From Bacteroidales bacterium (GTDB lineage: Bacteria; Bacteroidota; Bacteroidia; Bacteroidales; VadinHA17), in NCBI GenBank assembly GCA_035297425.1, contig DATGYZ010000007.1, positions 19,330 to 83,329 of the forward strand: a stretch of 64,000 bases of DNA. Direction: 5' to 3'. The notes beneath the pieces were generated by a model. It was not told where the DNA came from. It ran no database searches and saw nothing but the letters and a program-made list of their open reading frames with translations. The position numbers and the translations under genes were made by a program. Shown one piece after another: positions 1 through 10,050 of this stretch; position 1 is the first letter of the stretch; every line of letters starts with the position of its first letter.

Positions 1-119
1 ACCAATATCTCGATCCCCTGAATCAACATTGGCAAGGAGCTCCGAATCAAATATAAATTTTTTGTAATAATAACTGTTAAAAAGTGTCTCTTTATTACCT
101 TCGTGAAAAATAACTACCT

Positions 120-1787
120 ATGAAAATATTAAAGACAGTGATAATTACAGCTGCCCTGTTGCAGTTATTATCATGCACTTCAAAACAGGAAAAAATGGAA
201 AATGCGATGAGGGAATTCATCTCTTCCTTTGAGAAGAAGGCGATACCCCTCTATAAGGAAATGACATTAACATCATGGAATGCGAATATCTCAGGAAGTG
301 AAGAAGATTATGCAAAAAGTGAAAAGGCTGCATTTGCCTATGAAAAGATCTTTACAGATAATGAAGCATTCGCGAAGCTGAAGGAAATGAAAGAGTCAGG
401 GTTGGTAAAGGATACCCTCCTTGCAAGACAGCTCGAGTTACTCTACAATGGCTACCTGGGAGGCCAGGTAGACACTTCCATGATCTCGGAAAGGATAAGG
501 ATGGAAACTGAAATCACAAAGAAATACAGCAATTTCAGGGCTACATTCAACGGGAAGCAGGTTCCTGATAATGAGATTGAACTTGTACTCAGGACTTCAA
601 CTAAACAGGATGAGCTTAAACAGGCATGGGAAGGCTCGAAGATGATCGGACCTGTAGTTGCCGGGGATATCATTCAGTTGGTAAAACAAAGGAACAAAAT
701 TGCTCAGAAGCTTGGCTTTAACAATTACCATGAGATGAGCCTTAAACTCTCCGGACAGGAGCCGGCAGAGGTGACCGCCATTCTCGATGAGCTTGACAAT
801 CTTACAGCAGGCGCATTTGCCGGGCTTAAAAATGAGATCGACACATACCTGGCAGAACATAACAAGGTCAAGGTTACTGACCTCAAACCCTGGCATTACC
901 AGAACAGGTATTTCCAGGAAGCTCCCGAGATTTACAAAGTTGAATTCGATAAGTATTATACAAACCAGGATCCTGTCAAGCTTGCAGCAGAATTTTACGC
1001 AGGTATCGGACTTGATGTCACACCTGTTCTCGAGAAGAGCGATCTTTACGAAAAGCCAGGCAAGAACCAGCATGCATTCAGCACCGATATAGACAGGGAA
1101 GGAGATGTAAGGACTCTGGACAATATACGGCCTGACGCACAATGGATGAACACAATATTGCACGAGCTTGGACATGGTGTGTATTCATATTACAATGACA
1201 GGCAGCTGCCTTTTGTATTAAGGGATGCAGCACATTCCTTCACAACAGAAGCCATCGCCAACCTTTTTGGCCGTTTTGCAACAAACCCGGAATGGATGCT
1301 TCAGATGGGGGTTATTGACGAAAAAGAAAGCCAGGCAATAGGCGACGAAAGCCGTAAGGCCCAGAGGCTGCAGATGCTGGTATTCAGCAGGTGGGTGCAG
1401 GTAATGTACCGTTTTGAAAAATCGATGTATGCTGATCCCGACCAGAACCTTAACAAGCTCTGGTGGGACCTTGTTGAAAAGTACCAGCTGCTGCCGAAGC
1501 CTGAGGGAAGGGATATGCCCGACTGGGCAACAAAGATCCACGTAGCACTTTACCCCTGCTATTATCATAATTACCTTCTTGGCGAGATGCTTGCATCGCA
1601 GCTATACAGCTACATCACCACCAACGTAACTGATAACAAGGCTTTTGCAGGAGATAAAAATGTTGGTGAGTACCTTAAGAAAAAAGTATTTATGCCTGGC
1701 TCAAAATATTACTGGAACGACATGATCGAAAGAGCAACCGGAGAAAAGCTTACAGCAAGGCATTACGCAGACCAGTTTATAAACTGA
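120..1787 (+). CDS. M2-family (ACE-like) zinc metallopeptidase, lipoprotein
   Basis: ATG at 120. Signal peptide with lipobox (LLQLLSCTS). HELGHGVYSYYNDRQLPFVLRDAAHSFTTEAIANLFG closely mirrors the ACE gluzincin site (HEMGH ... HEAIGD). Confidence 0.7.
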   Translation: MKILKTVIITAALLQLLSCTSKQEKMENAMREFISSFEKKAIPLYKEMTLTSWNANISGSEEDYAKSEKAAFAYEKIFTDNEAFAKLKEMKESGLVKDTLLARQLELLYNGYLGGQVDTSMISERIRMETEITKKYSNFRATFNGKQVPDNEIELVLRTSTKQDELKQAWEGSKMIGPVVAGDIIQLVKQRNKIAQKLGFNNYHEMSLKLSGQEPAEVTAILDELDNLTAGAFAGLKNEIDTYLAEHNKVKVTDLKPWHYQNRYFQEAPEIYKVEFDKYYTNQDPVKLAAEFYAGIGLDVTPVLEKSDLYEKPGKNQHAFSTDIDREGDVRTLDNIRPDAQWMNTILHELGHGVYSYYNDRQLPFVLRDAAHSFTTEAIANLFGRFATNPEWMLQMGVIDEKESQAIGDESRKAQRLQMLVFSRWVQVMYRFEKSMYADPDQNLNKLWWDLVEKYQLLPKPEGRDMPDWATKIHVALYPCYYHNYLLGEMLASQLYSYITTNVTDNKAFAGDKNVGEYLKKKVFMPGSKYYWNDMIERATGEKLTARHYADQFIN

Positions 1788-1812
1788 CCATTGAAACCCT
1801 AAAAATAAATTC

Positions 1813-3846
1813 ATGAAAAAAATTCTTTTCATTTTGCTAGTTATGCTTTCAGCCTGTTCTCAGAAAGAACCGCAAAAAGACACCTCAACACAGGCAGCTT
1901 TCATTGATGAAAGCACTGCCAAGGCTGCAACTGACACTCTCTCTGCAATGTGGCCCGATGCTCCTGCTGCCATGATCGAAAAAGGAGTAAAACATGTTTC
2001 TACACTCTGGAGAGCGGAAGATGGCACAAGGGAAGAGTTCATCAAATTCGTAAAGGAACATTATATCAATCCTTCAGAAAGGAAAATTGTATTCCAAAAG
2101 CTCAGCAGTTACTTTGAGTCAATCAGCGGCAACCTGAATGAGATTGTACTTGATCTGAAGAAAAACCTCGATGAAGCGAGGGGTGAGATAGATGAGATCG
2201 ACAGGATGTTTGGTAACTACTCACCAGGCTCACACATCTCTGATGACCTTTATGCAAACAAGATCGCCTTCAGTATTGCACTTAACTTCCCTTATTTCAC
2301 CCTTGAAGAAAAAGAAAACCTGGGGCCGAAGTGGAGCCGCGAAGAATGGGCAATGGCAAGGCTCGGCGACATGTTTGTAACAAGGATCCCTGCCGAAGTA
2401 AGCCAGCAGGCTGCAACAGCTTCAGGCAATGCAGATATGTATATTGCAGAATACAATATCCAGATGGGAAAGCTGAGGACAGATGAAGGAAACCAGCTTT
2501 TTCCCGATGGTATGTCGCTTCTTTCGCACTGGAACCTGAGAGATGAGCTTAAGGCTGATTATGCAGATGCTGTGAATGGCATGGCAAAGCAGGAGATGAT
2601 CTATAAGGTGATGGAACGCATTATTGACCAGGATATTCCCCAGGTCGTTATCAACAACCCGGAATATGAATGGGCGCCATTCTCAAACAAGGTAACGAAG
2701 AATGGAGAGCAGGCTGCAGCTTCTCCTGAACCTGATACCAGGTACCAGCGCATCCTCGATAATTTCAGGGCAATGCAGGAGGCGGATAAGTACACTCCCC
2801 AGATGAATACAGCAATCAAAAGGAAATTTTCCTGGGAGATGGAGATTTCACAGGAGGAAGTGGAAGCCCTTTTTGACTCGTATCTTAAATCACCTCAGCT
2901 TGCCAGGCTTGGTTCAATAATAAAAGAAAGGCTCGGAAGAGATTTAAGGCCTTACGATATCTGGTATAACGGGTTTATGTCAAAAGGAGGCATACCGGAA
3001 GAGCAGCTTACTGCAAAAACACAGAAGCTTTATCCCGATCCGGCGGCATTCAGGAAAGACATGCCCAACATGCTGAGAAAGCTTGGATGGAGCAATGATA
3101 GAGCCAACTATCTTGCTGATAAGATTGTTGTTGATCCGGCACGCGGATCAGGTCACGCCTGGGGAACAGGAATGAAAGGAGCTGTTTCTCATCTCAGGAC
3201 AAGAGTATCTGACAAGGGAATGGATTACAAGGGATATAACATAGCCGTACATGAATTTGGTCATAACATAGAACAGACAATCTCAATGTACGACGTTGAT
3301 TATTATATGATGTCGGGAGTGCCAAACACTTCGATTACTGAAGCTCTTGCCTTCGTATTCCAGAAGCGTGACCTCGCTCTTCTAGGTATAAAGGACGAAA
3401 ACCCGGAAGGTGACAGGATGGAGGTTCTGAATTCTGCATGGTCGCTGATGGAGATAATGGGGGTCGGCATGGTTGACATGAAGACCTGGAAATGGATGTA
3501 TGAAAATCCGCAGGCAACACCGGCTGAACTTAAAGCAGCAGTAAGGAACATCGCGGTTGAAACATGGAACACCTATTTTGCACCTGTGCTGGGTGTTAAG
3601 GACTCGCCTGTTCTTGCTATCTATTCCCATATGGTAAATTCGCCGCTCTACCTGGCAAATTATTCCTACGGGCATATTGTACAGTTCCAGATTGAACAAT
3701 ATCTTGAAGGCAAGAACCTTTCATCCGAGATTGACCGTATGTTCAGCCAGGGAAGGTTAACACCGCAGCAATGGATGATGGGCGCAACAGGATCAAAAAT
3801 TTCAACAAAGCCTTTGCTCGATGAGCTTGAAAAAGCACTGATGTGA
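1813..3846 (+). CDS. gluzincin (M3-like) zinc metallopeptidase, lipoprotein
   Basis: Lipobox (MLSACSQ). HEFGHNIEQ followed about 25 aa later by TEALAF, the HExxH plus downstream Glu pattern. Lies 25 bp after the previous gene, so probably co-transcribed. Confidence 0.6.
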   Translation: MKKILFILLVMLSACSQKEPQKDTSTQAAFIDESTAKAATDTLSAMWPDAPAAMIEKGVKHVSTLWRAEDGTREEFIKFVKEHYINPSERKIVFQKLSSYFESISGNLNEIVLDLKKNLDEARGEIDEIDRMFGNYSPGSHISDDLYANKIAFSIALNFPYFTLEEKENLGPKWSREEWAMARLGDMFVTRIPAEVSQQAATASGNADMYIAEYNIQMGKLRTDEGNQLFPDGMSLLSHWNLRDELKADYADAVNGMAKQEMIYKVMERIIDQDIPQVVINNPEYEWAPFSNKVTKNGEQAAASPEPDTRYQRILDNFRAMQEADKYTPQMNTAIKRKFSWEMEISQEEVEALFDSYLKSPQLARLGSIIKERLGRDLRPYDIWYNGFMSKGGIPEEQLTAKTQKLYPDPAAFRKDMPNMLRKLGWSNDRANYLADKIVVDPARGSGHAWGTGMKGAVSHLRTRVSDKGMDYKGYNIAVHEFGHNIEQTISMYDVDYYMMSGVPNTSITEALAFVFQKRDLALLGIKDENPEGDRMEVLNSAWSLMEIMGVGMVDMKTWKWMYENPQATPAELKAAVRNIAVETWNTYFAPVLGVKDSPVLAIYSHMVNSPLYLANYSYGHIVQFQIEQYLEGKNLSSEIDRMFSQGRLTPQQWMMGATGSKISTKPLLDELEKALM

Positions 3847-4920
3847 TCATGGTTTAATTCCCAGAATATAATTCAGGGACAAACCAAAGAGATCAGCATC
3901 GCTCGTATGAGCTTTCAGATAAACCCCGGGCCGGAAACCCGGGGTTATTTTCATCGACAGCTCATATTTCTGATAGATGAGATTCCTTGCTTTATATGGT
4001 GCATAAAGGTAAAATCCGAGATACTGTGTAAAGTACAGCTTCCCTAGAATAAAATCCTGGCCTCCGGTAACAGCAAATCTTTTGTAGTCTTTGTAAATTT
4101 CGTGTATCTCGAGGTACTTCTTCACTCCACCATCGGCAATGAATTCCACACCTGCATTGAGCGAATAAAAATCCCTGAGCTGCCAGACATATCTTATACT
4201 GCCACCAACAGCCACAGTGGGCTCATCCCATACATACTTGAATCCTCCGATCACCTGGAAAAGCAGGTATCGTACATCTGACCTGCCTGTCCTTGTATGA
4301 ACATAATTATGATCAAGCTGTGGAAATGAAGATGGGTAATACTCAAATCCGAGCGACATTGTCGGGAAATTGATTCCCATGTTGGGCACACGCATCGCGC
4401 CGTTCGAAATGTGATTGTAGGTTCCGGCCAGGGTAAGATATGTTTTTTCAGCAACCCTGTAATTGAACCTGGCGGAAAGCAGAAGTGGCATGCTTATCCT
4501 TGTACTGAAGAACCTGTTTGCCTGGTTATATTCATAATGCCATATGCGTGTTTGCCAGGATATCCCTCCTCCTGCCCTCACTGAGAAATAGAATTTGTCA
4601 TTATGAAAAAATATGGGTTCAGTATAAATTGTGAGAGTATAGGAAGAGCCCACCACCTCGGGATTCTGGTAATTGAAATATCCTGCCTGGATGCCGGAAA
4701 TATTGTATCTCCTGAATACGTCCCAGCTTTCGTAATTTGTATGAAGCCTGCTCAGGCTTACCTCGAATCCGTATGGCTTTGTATGTGAAATAGGCTCAAT
4801 GGATGCTGTATGTGGAATTATGAAGCCATAATGAACTCTCCCTCCTACTGAGTGATTGCCCTGGCCTGAAGCAGTAAAGCCTGAAAACAGGAAAAGAAAA
4901 ATTATGCTCCTAAATTTCAT
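3847..4920 (-). CDS. acyloxyacyl hydrolase / PagL-like lipid A deacylase family outer-membrane protein
   Basis: Signal peptide, alternating beta-strand pattern, and a HISNG motif as in the PagL catalytic His-x-Ser. The stop abuts the convergent stop at 3846. Confidence 0.5.
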   Translation of the reverse strand: MKFRSIIFLFLFSGFTASGQGNHSVGGRVHYGFIIPHTASIEPISHTKPYGFEVSLSRLHTNYESWDVFRRYNISGIQAGYFNYQNPEVVGSSYTLTIYTEPIFFHNDKFYFSVRAGGGISWQTRIWHYEYNQANRFFSTRISMPLLLSARFNYRVAEKTYLTLAGTYNHISNGAMRVPNMGINFPTMSLGFEYYPSSFPQLDHNYVHTRTGRSDVRYLLFQVIGGFKYVWDEPTVAVGGSIRYVWQLRDFYSLNAGVEFIADGGVKKYLEIHEIYKDYKRFAVTGGQDFILGKLYFTQYLGFYLYAPYKARNLIYQKYELSMKITPGFRPGVYLKAHTSDADLFGLSLNYILGIKP

Positions 4921-4980
4921 ATAGTACTATCCCGTATTAACTACCGGCTAAGTATAACCACAGCCAAATATAGGAATAGT

Positions 4981-6153
4981 CTAAACAAATCTCATTGAGA
5001 GCACTTCATAAAGATCCTGGTCGTCGAACTTAACAGGATTGTTCTTGGAGGACGAAGCTGCAATTATTGTACTGAAAGATGACTCCTCAACACCGGCAGT
5101 CTTAAGGCCGGGAAGTCTCAGAGCCAGAGTGAGCTCATTAAGCTTGTTGATAAAAGCATCTGTTAAATAATCATCTGATTTTGAATTGTCTTCGAAGAAC
5201 ATTCTGCCAAGAGAAGCATATTTCTTCAGGGCTGCAGGGTTTGATCCTGTTTTTCTCAGCTTCCTTACTGTAAGATCGTTACATGCCGCCATCAGTGTTC
5301 CGCAAAGCAGTCCGTGTGGTATCTCATAAATCCCGCCAATTGCTCCGGCAATGCCATGAACTGTCCCCAGCCCTGCATTTGCAAGCCCGATACCAGAGGC
5401 AAGTGCCGCAAATGACATTCCTGACCTGGCCTCGATATTATCTCCATTCCTGAAACATTCCACTAATGAATCCCTGACTGCTTTTATACCTTCAGATGTA
5501 ATTGCATCGGACATGGGATTTGATTTTGTCGACAGGTAAGATTCTGTAAGCTGTGTGAAGCAATCCATTCCGCTTGCGGCAGTTATTGCCGGGGAGCAAT
5601 TGATTGTAAGTTCCGGGTCAATTAGAGCAATATCTGGCAGGATATTTTCGTGGCGAAGTGATTTTTTGAATCCATTCTTACCAGTTCTTGACAGAACTGC
5701 GTTTTTTGTAGCTTCGGTACCTGTACCTGATGTAGTGGGGACTGCAATAAAGGGAACCTTGGTTCCCGGGTGCTCCTTTGTACCAACGTCCTCGAGGTAA
5801 TCTACAACGCTTTCATTCAACAGCAACATTGCAGATATTGCTTTGCCGGCATCCATGGCACTTCCTCCTCCGATTGCTACGACTGCATCTGGTTTAAAAC
5901 CAGATAGGTCAAACACTGCACTATCAACGATATCAGGTGAGGGTTCACCAGGGACAGTCACCTGCCGGTACGATATATTTTCAGACTGCAGCTTTTCAAT
6001 GAGACCTTTTCCGTAAGAAGATGTCATAAAAGAATTTTTCCCTGTTACAAGAACAATGTTTCTGCCATAGCGGCTTAAGATAACCGGAAGCTCTTTTATC
6101 CTGCCCTTACCGAAAATTATCTTAGGGGTGGCAAAACCGAATGGCGTTATCAT
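4981..6153 (-). CDS. iron-containing alcohol dehydrogenase
   Basis: GGGSAMDAGK dinucleotide motif, a conserved His cluster (HGLLCG, VHGIAGAIGG), and about 390 aa, typical of Fe-ADH. Confidence 0.85.
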   Translation of the reverse strand: MITPFGFATPKIIFGKGRIKELPVILSRYGRNIVLVTGKNSFMTSSYGKGLIEKLQSENISYRQVTVPGEPSPDIVDSAVFDLSGFKPDAVVAIGGGSAMDAGKAISAMLLLNESVVDYLEDVGTKEHPGTKVPFIAVPTTSGTGTEATKNAVLSRTGKNGFKKSLRHENILPDIALIDPELTINCSPAITAASGMDCFTQLTESYLSTKSNPMSDAITSEGIKAVRDSLVECFRNGDNIEARSGMSFAALASGIGLANAGLGTVHGIAGAIGGIYEIPHGLLCGTLMAACNDLTVRKLRKTGSNPAALKKYASLGRMFFEDNSKSDDYLTDAFINKLNELTLALRLPGLKTAGVEESSFSTIIAASSSKNNPVKFDDQDLYEVLSMRFV

Positions 6154-6449
6154 TTCTTCTTTGGTTGAATTATATTGTATTTAACACCATATCGCGGTTC
6201 ATGCATCATGTCTTTTACAGCATCACGCCATACAAAATAATGAGGTGTGCTTTTATGTGCCGCAGCTGCCTCATCTGTTTCATATGCCTCGAAGATCATG
6301 AATTTCGAGGGGTCATCCGCCTGCTGAACGAAATCAAACCGGAAGTTTCCCGGCTCCTTCACTGATTCCATGTGATTTGCTGAAGTCACTTTAATGAATT
6401 CATCAATCATCTCTGGTTTCACATGAACATAAACACAAGTTACTGTCAT
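6150..6449 (-). CDS. ABM-domain (antibiotic biosynthesis monooxygenase-like) protein
   Basis: 99 aa with a ferredoxin-like ABM pattern (VKPE..D.F......H...S..EPG...F........P..F...E.Y....A...H..T.H). Its TGA overlaps the ATG of the ADH gene (ATGA at 6150-6153). Confidence 0.7.
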   Translation of the reverse strand: MTVTCVYVHVKPEMIDEFIKVTSANHMESVKEPGNFRFDFVQQADDPSKFMIFEAYETDEAAAAHKSTPHYFVWRDAVKDMMHEPRYGVKYNIIQPKKK

Positions 6450-6664
6450 ATAAATATTGTTTTGCCGTTGTAAAATTACTGATTTTTTATAACCACCAGG
6501 AGAAGCCTTATTGATGATTCATTCACCTTATCCAAATATTTTATTACATTTTCACTAAAATATCAAAGACGGACTTAATGTTTAATAAGTATCTTTATAA
6601 GTTAAATATTAAACTGTAAGCAGATGATCAGTTTCACCTGCTTTCATACGGACCGTTTCAGAAT

Positions 6665-8335
6665 ATGAAAAAAGACATCGAGATAGCACAGGAAGCAAAG
6701 ATCAGGCCTGTTGTTGAGATTGCAAAAAAGCTTGGGATTAATCCGGAACATATTGAGCTTTATGGAAAGTACAAGGCAAAACTACCGATCAGCCTTATCG
6801 ATGAAGAAAAAGTAAAGAAAGGGAAGCTTATCCTGGTGACCGCCATTACTCCCACTCCTCCGGGGGAAGGAAAGACTACAACATCGATCGGGCTTGCGCA
6901 GGGATTAAACCTGCTTGGAAAGAAGACAACTGTAGTTATCAGGGAACCTTCGCTCGGCCCGGTTTTCGGTATTAAAGGAGGTGCTGCAGGGGGTGGCTTT
7001 TCTCAGGTGATTCCGATGGAAGATATAAATCTTCATTTCACTGGCGATATGGCTGCTATTGAGAAAGCACACAACCTGCTTGCTGCTCTCATCGACAACA
7101 ATATTCAAAATACACACAGGAACCTTAATATCGATCCAAGGACCATCACCTGGAAAAGGGTGATGGACATGAATGACAGGTCATTGAGAGACGTTGTCAT
7201 TGGCCTGGGAGGGACAAGCCAGGGAGTACCCCGCGAATCAGGGTTCAACATCACAGCTGCTTCAGAGGTTATGGCAACTCTCTGCCTTGCTAAGGATCTC
7301 ATGGACCTTAAGGAAAAGCTTGGTAATATTTTCGTCGGGTATACCTTTGAAGGAAAGCCTGTCTTTGCACGCGACCTTAAAGCACACGGAGCGATGGCTG
7401 CTTTACTCAAAGAGGCAATAAAGCCGAACCTGGTGCAGACCCTCGAAGGCACTCCTGCAATAATTCACGGGGGCCCATTTGCGAACATTGCACAGGGAAC
7501 AAATTCAATCATCGGGACAAGAATGGGACTCACATTCAGCGATTATGTAGTTACCGAAGCAGGCTTTGCAACTGAGTTGGGTGCTGAAAAGTTCTTCGAC
7601 ATAAAATGCAGGTTTGGCAACCTGCTTACCCATGCTGTTGTAATCGTGGCAACAATAAGGGCATTGAAATATCATGGCGGGTTAAAGCTTACTGAACTCC
7701 ATGATGAGAATTTACAGGCTCTTCAGTCAGGCTTTGAAAATCTTGACAAGCATATTGAAAACATAAGAGCATTTGGCCATAACCCTATTATTTCAATTAA
7801 CAGGTTCGATACTGACACCCCGGATGAAATCAGGCTGCTGACTGATCACTGCAAAGATCTGAAAACACCCGTTGCATTGAATGAATCATGGGCAAAAGGT
7901 GGTGAAGGAGCTAAGGAACTTGCAGAGAAAGTTATAGATGAAGTTTCCGGCTGCCAGGGATATGAGCGGACAATCTATGATCTCAACTGGGATTATGAGA
8001 AGAAGATTGCAGCAATTGCATCGAAGATGTATGGGGCGGACCATGTTGAGTATTCAGTACAGGCAAAACAGCAGCTTTCAAGAATTAACGAGCTTGGACT
8101 GACAAACCTGGCCGTATGTATTGCAAAGACACAAAAATCACTTTCAGATAATGAACATAAAAAAGGCGTTCCAAAAGGTTTTACATTCAAAATCAGGGAA
8201 ATAGAGCTTTCATCAGGTGCAGGTTTTATTGTACCCATTGCAGGCACAATTATGAGAATGCCCGGCTTACCTTCTGAGCCATCTGCAGAGAAGATAGATG
8301 TTGATGGACAGGGAAGGATATCAGGTTTGTTCTGA
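6665..8335 (+). CDS. fhs: formate--tetrahydrofolate ligase
   Basis: 556 aa, PTPPGEGKTTTSIGL P-loop, and full-length resemblance to FTHFS. Confidence 0.95.
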   Translation: MKKDIEIAQEAKIRPVVEIAKKLGINPEHIELYGKYKAKLPISLIDEEKVKKGKLILVTAITPTPPGEGKTTTSIGLAQGLNLLGKKTTVVIREPSLGPVFGIKGGAAGGGFSQVIPMEDINLHFTGDMAAIEKAHNLLAALIDNNIQNTHRNLNIDPRTITWKRVMDMNDRSLRDVVIGLGGTSQGVPRESGFNITAASEVMATLCLAKDLMDLKEKLGNIFVGYTFEGKPVFARDLKAHGAMAALLKEAIKPNLVQTLEGTPAIIHGGPFANIAQGTNSIIGTRMGLTFSDYVVTEAGFATELGAEKFFDIKCRFGNLLTHAVVIVATIRALKYHGGLKLTELHDENLQALQSGFENLDKHIENIRAFGHNPIISINRFDTDTPDEIRLLTDHCKDLKTPVALNESWAKGGEGAKELAEKVIDEVSGCQGYERTIYDLNWDYEKKIAAIASKMYGADHVEYSVQAKQQLSRINELGLTNLAVCIAKTQKSLSDNEHKKGVPKGFTFKIREIELSSGAGFIVPIAGTIMRMPGLPSEPSAEKIDVDGQGRISGLF

Positions 8336-8893
8336 AGGATATTTCTTTCTTGCTTTTGCCAGTGTTATGTCGAAAGCTTCATCAAGTACAGGATTGAGGC
8401 CGCGCACATTTGATATAACCTTCTCAGCCCAGTCGAAATAGCCCGTGATCCTTTCATGATCCCAGTCAGGAGGAGGATCTTCAGTTATATCATGAATATT
8501 CATCGTCTTATCAGCTATGATCAGCTTCCTGGCATTAAGAGATCTTTTTGTTGATAATTCAACCTGTATCCTTTTTCTTTCTTCTTTGTCAAGGCTTTTA
8601 TCGTCAGTTACTTCAAGTATCAGTGACAGAATATCTTCACCGAATTTATTTTCAATATAAGCTATCAATCCCTCTTTTGTGAACCCTGGTTCAACAGTGT
8701 CCTCAATCACATCATGCAGAATTGCTGAAACAATCAGCACTATATTATCAGCTTCGCCTGCAGCGGCAAGATGATTTGCAACCTGTATGGGATGGTTAAT
8801 ATAGGGGATTCTCCCTGAACCTTTCCTTAGCTGGTTCCTGTGCCGTAATGCAGCATAATCTAATGCCTCGAGAAGCAAGCGCGTTTCATTCAT
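8321..8893 (-). CDS. HD-domain (p)ppGpp pyrophosphohydrolase-like small alarmone hydrolase
   Basis: RHRNQLRKGSGRIPYINHPIQVA...ILHDVIEDT matches the RelA/SpoT HD hydrolase N-domain pattern. Confidence 0.7.
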   Translation of the reverse strand: MNETRLLLEALDYAALRHRNQLRKGSGRIPYINHPIQVANHLAAAGEADNIVLIVSAILHDVIEDTVEPGFTKEGLIAYIENKFGEDILSLILEVTDDKSLDKEERKRIQVELSTKRSLNARKLIIADKTMNIHDITEDPPPDWDHERITGYFDWAEKVISNVRGLNPVLDEAFDITLAKARKKYPSEQT

Positions 8894-8976
8894 TTTAAAG
8901 AATTTATGCTTCCAAATAAAAGAGATTTTTGATTGTTCTTGTTCATGGCCTATTAGATTTTATTTAACAATTTTCA

Positions 8977-8984
8977 TACATTTG
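8977..8984 (+). promoter_or_regulatory. candidate Bacteroidota -7 box TACATTTG (TAnnTTTG)
   Basis: Exact TAnnTTTG match 20 bp upstream of ATG 9004. Confidence 0.35.
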
Positions 8985-9003
8985 ATTTCAAAGGAAGGCA
9001 ACA

Positions 9004-9924
9004 ATGGGGAAATACTTTATTCTGACAGTTGTCATGATCTTCACATTGATGCTCCAGTCGTGCGGAGATAAAACCCATGCTCCTTCTGCCGTCATTTCAG
9101 CACAAATCAATGCCAATACAGTAAAGTTCAGCGCTGAGGTCACAGATGGCGATCAGTATGAATGGGATTTTGGCGATGGCTCTGAGCCCTCTTCCCTGGC
9201 TGATCCTGAACATGTATATCTTAAATTTGGAGTGGAGTATGTTGTGACATTAAAGATAACAGGCCCGGGGGGCGTTTCCGAATTCAGGTATACGGTAACT
9301 ATCCCACCTGCAAATCAAATGCAATCGCTCACAGGAGGAGATGGAAGAATTACAGGGAAGAAATGGAGATTGAAAGACGGGGAACCAATTAAAATTGTAA
9401 AACCTGATATTTCATTTTCTGTTATTTCAGAATGGTCTGCTTCATCTGTAGCTTCCGCCGGATTCATAGGTATAACCCAGAATGAATTCCAGTTTTTCAA
9501 CAACGGAAACTATACAATTACACTTACGACAAACGGTATACCAGCGGGACTTCAATATTGCCTGTCTAAAGGATTACAGAACACAGTACCGTCTGCTGCA
9601 GCTGCTGAAAAAGGATTAACCCTCGCAACCTCCAGCACTATTCTTTCAAATCTTACTTATGGATTGAATGAATCCAAGGACCTCACAGTAAGTACAACAG
9701 ACGGAACTCACCTTGACTTGGTAACATTCACTGATGTTACAACAATAACATTCTCAAGAGGCGGTTTCATGGGATTTTTGGACTGGAATACAGAATGCCT
9801 TGTTACAAGGATAAGTGAATCAGAAATGTCTATAGTATTATTCATGTCGGATATCCCTTCAGGCACACCGATGACAGGCAAAATAAATAAAGCATTCCTG
9901 CTGCAGTTTATTGCCGTTAATTAA
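9004..9924 (+). CDS. PKD-domain lipoprotein
   Basis: Lipobox (LMLQSCGD). PKD signature YEWDFGDGS...HVY. The C-terminal roughly 200 aa are unassigned. Confidence 0.6.
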   Translation: MGKYFILTVVMIFTLMLQSCGDKTHAPSAVISAQINANTVKFSAEVTDGDQYEWDFGDGSEPSSLADPEHVYLKFGVEYVVTLKITGPGGVSEFRYTVTIPPANQMQSLTGGDGRITGKKWRLKDGEPIKIVKPDISFSVISEWSASSVASAGFIGITQNEFQFFNNGNYTITLTTNGIPAGLQYCLSKGLQNTVPSAAAAEKGLTLATSSTILSNLTYGLNESKDLTVSTTDGTHLDLVTFTDVTTITFSRGGFMGFLDWNTECLVTRISESEMSIVLFMSDIPSGTPMTGKINKAFLLQFIAVN

Positions 9925-10050
9925 TTCTTTTCCCTCTAAAGAAGATTAATTGCTGTTGATCCCAAAAACAGAGCTTCCAGTCATAAGGCCGGAACATAAA
10001 GCTTGTCAGTGTTGTTAGATAATTGTCTGCAATGTTAAATATTTCAATTT

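Noticed and set aside
597-1568. Antisense ORFs 597-1175 and 1218-1568 within the M2 peptidase gene
   Set aside because: They are embedded opposite a gene with a clear HExxH+E active site. The translations are Cys/Leu/Phe-rich and look like noise.
6450-6664. Folate/THF-type riboswitch or other structured leader upstream of fhs
   Set aside because: Only a weak hairpin (aagcag...ctgctt) is visible. I cannot recognise a conserved riboswitch core by eye, so no claim is made.
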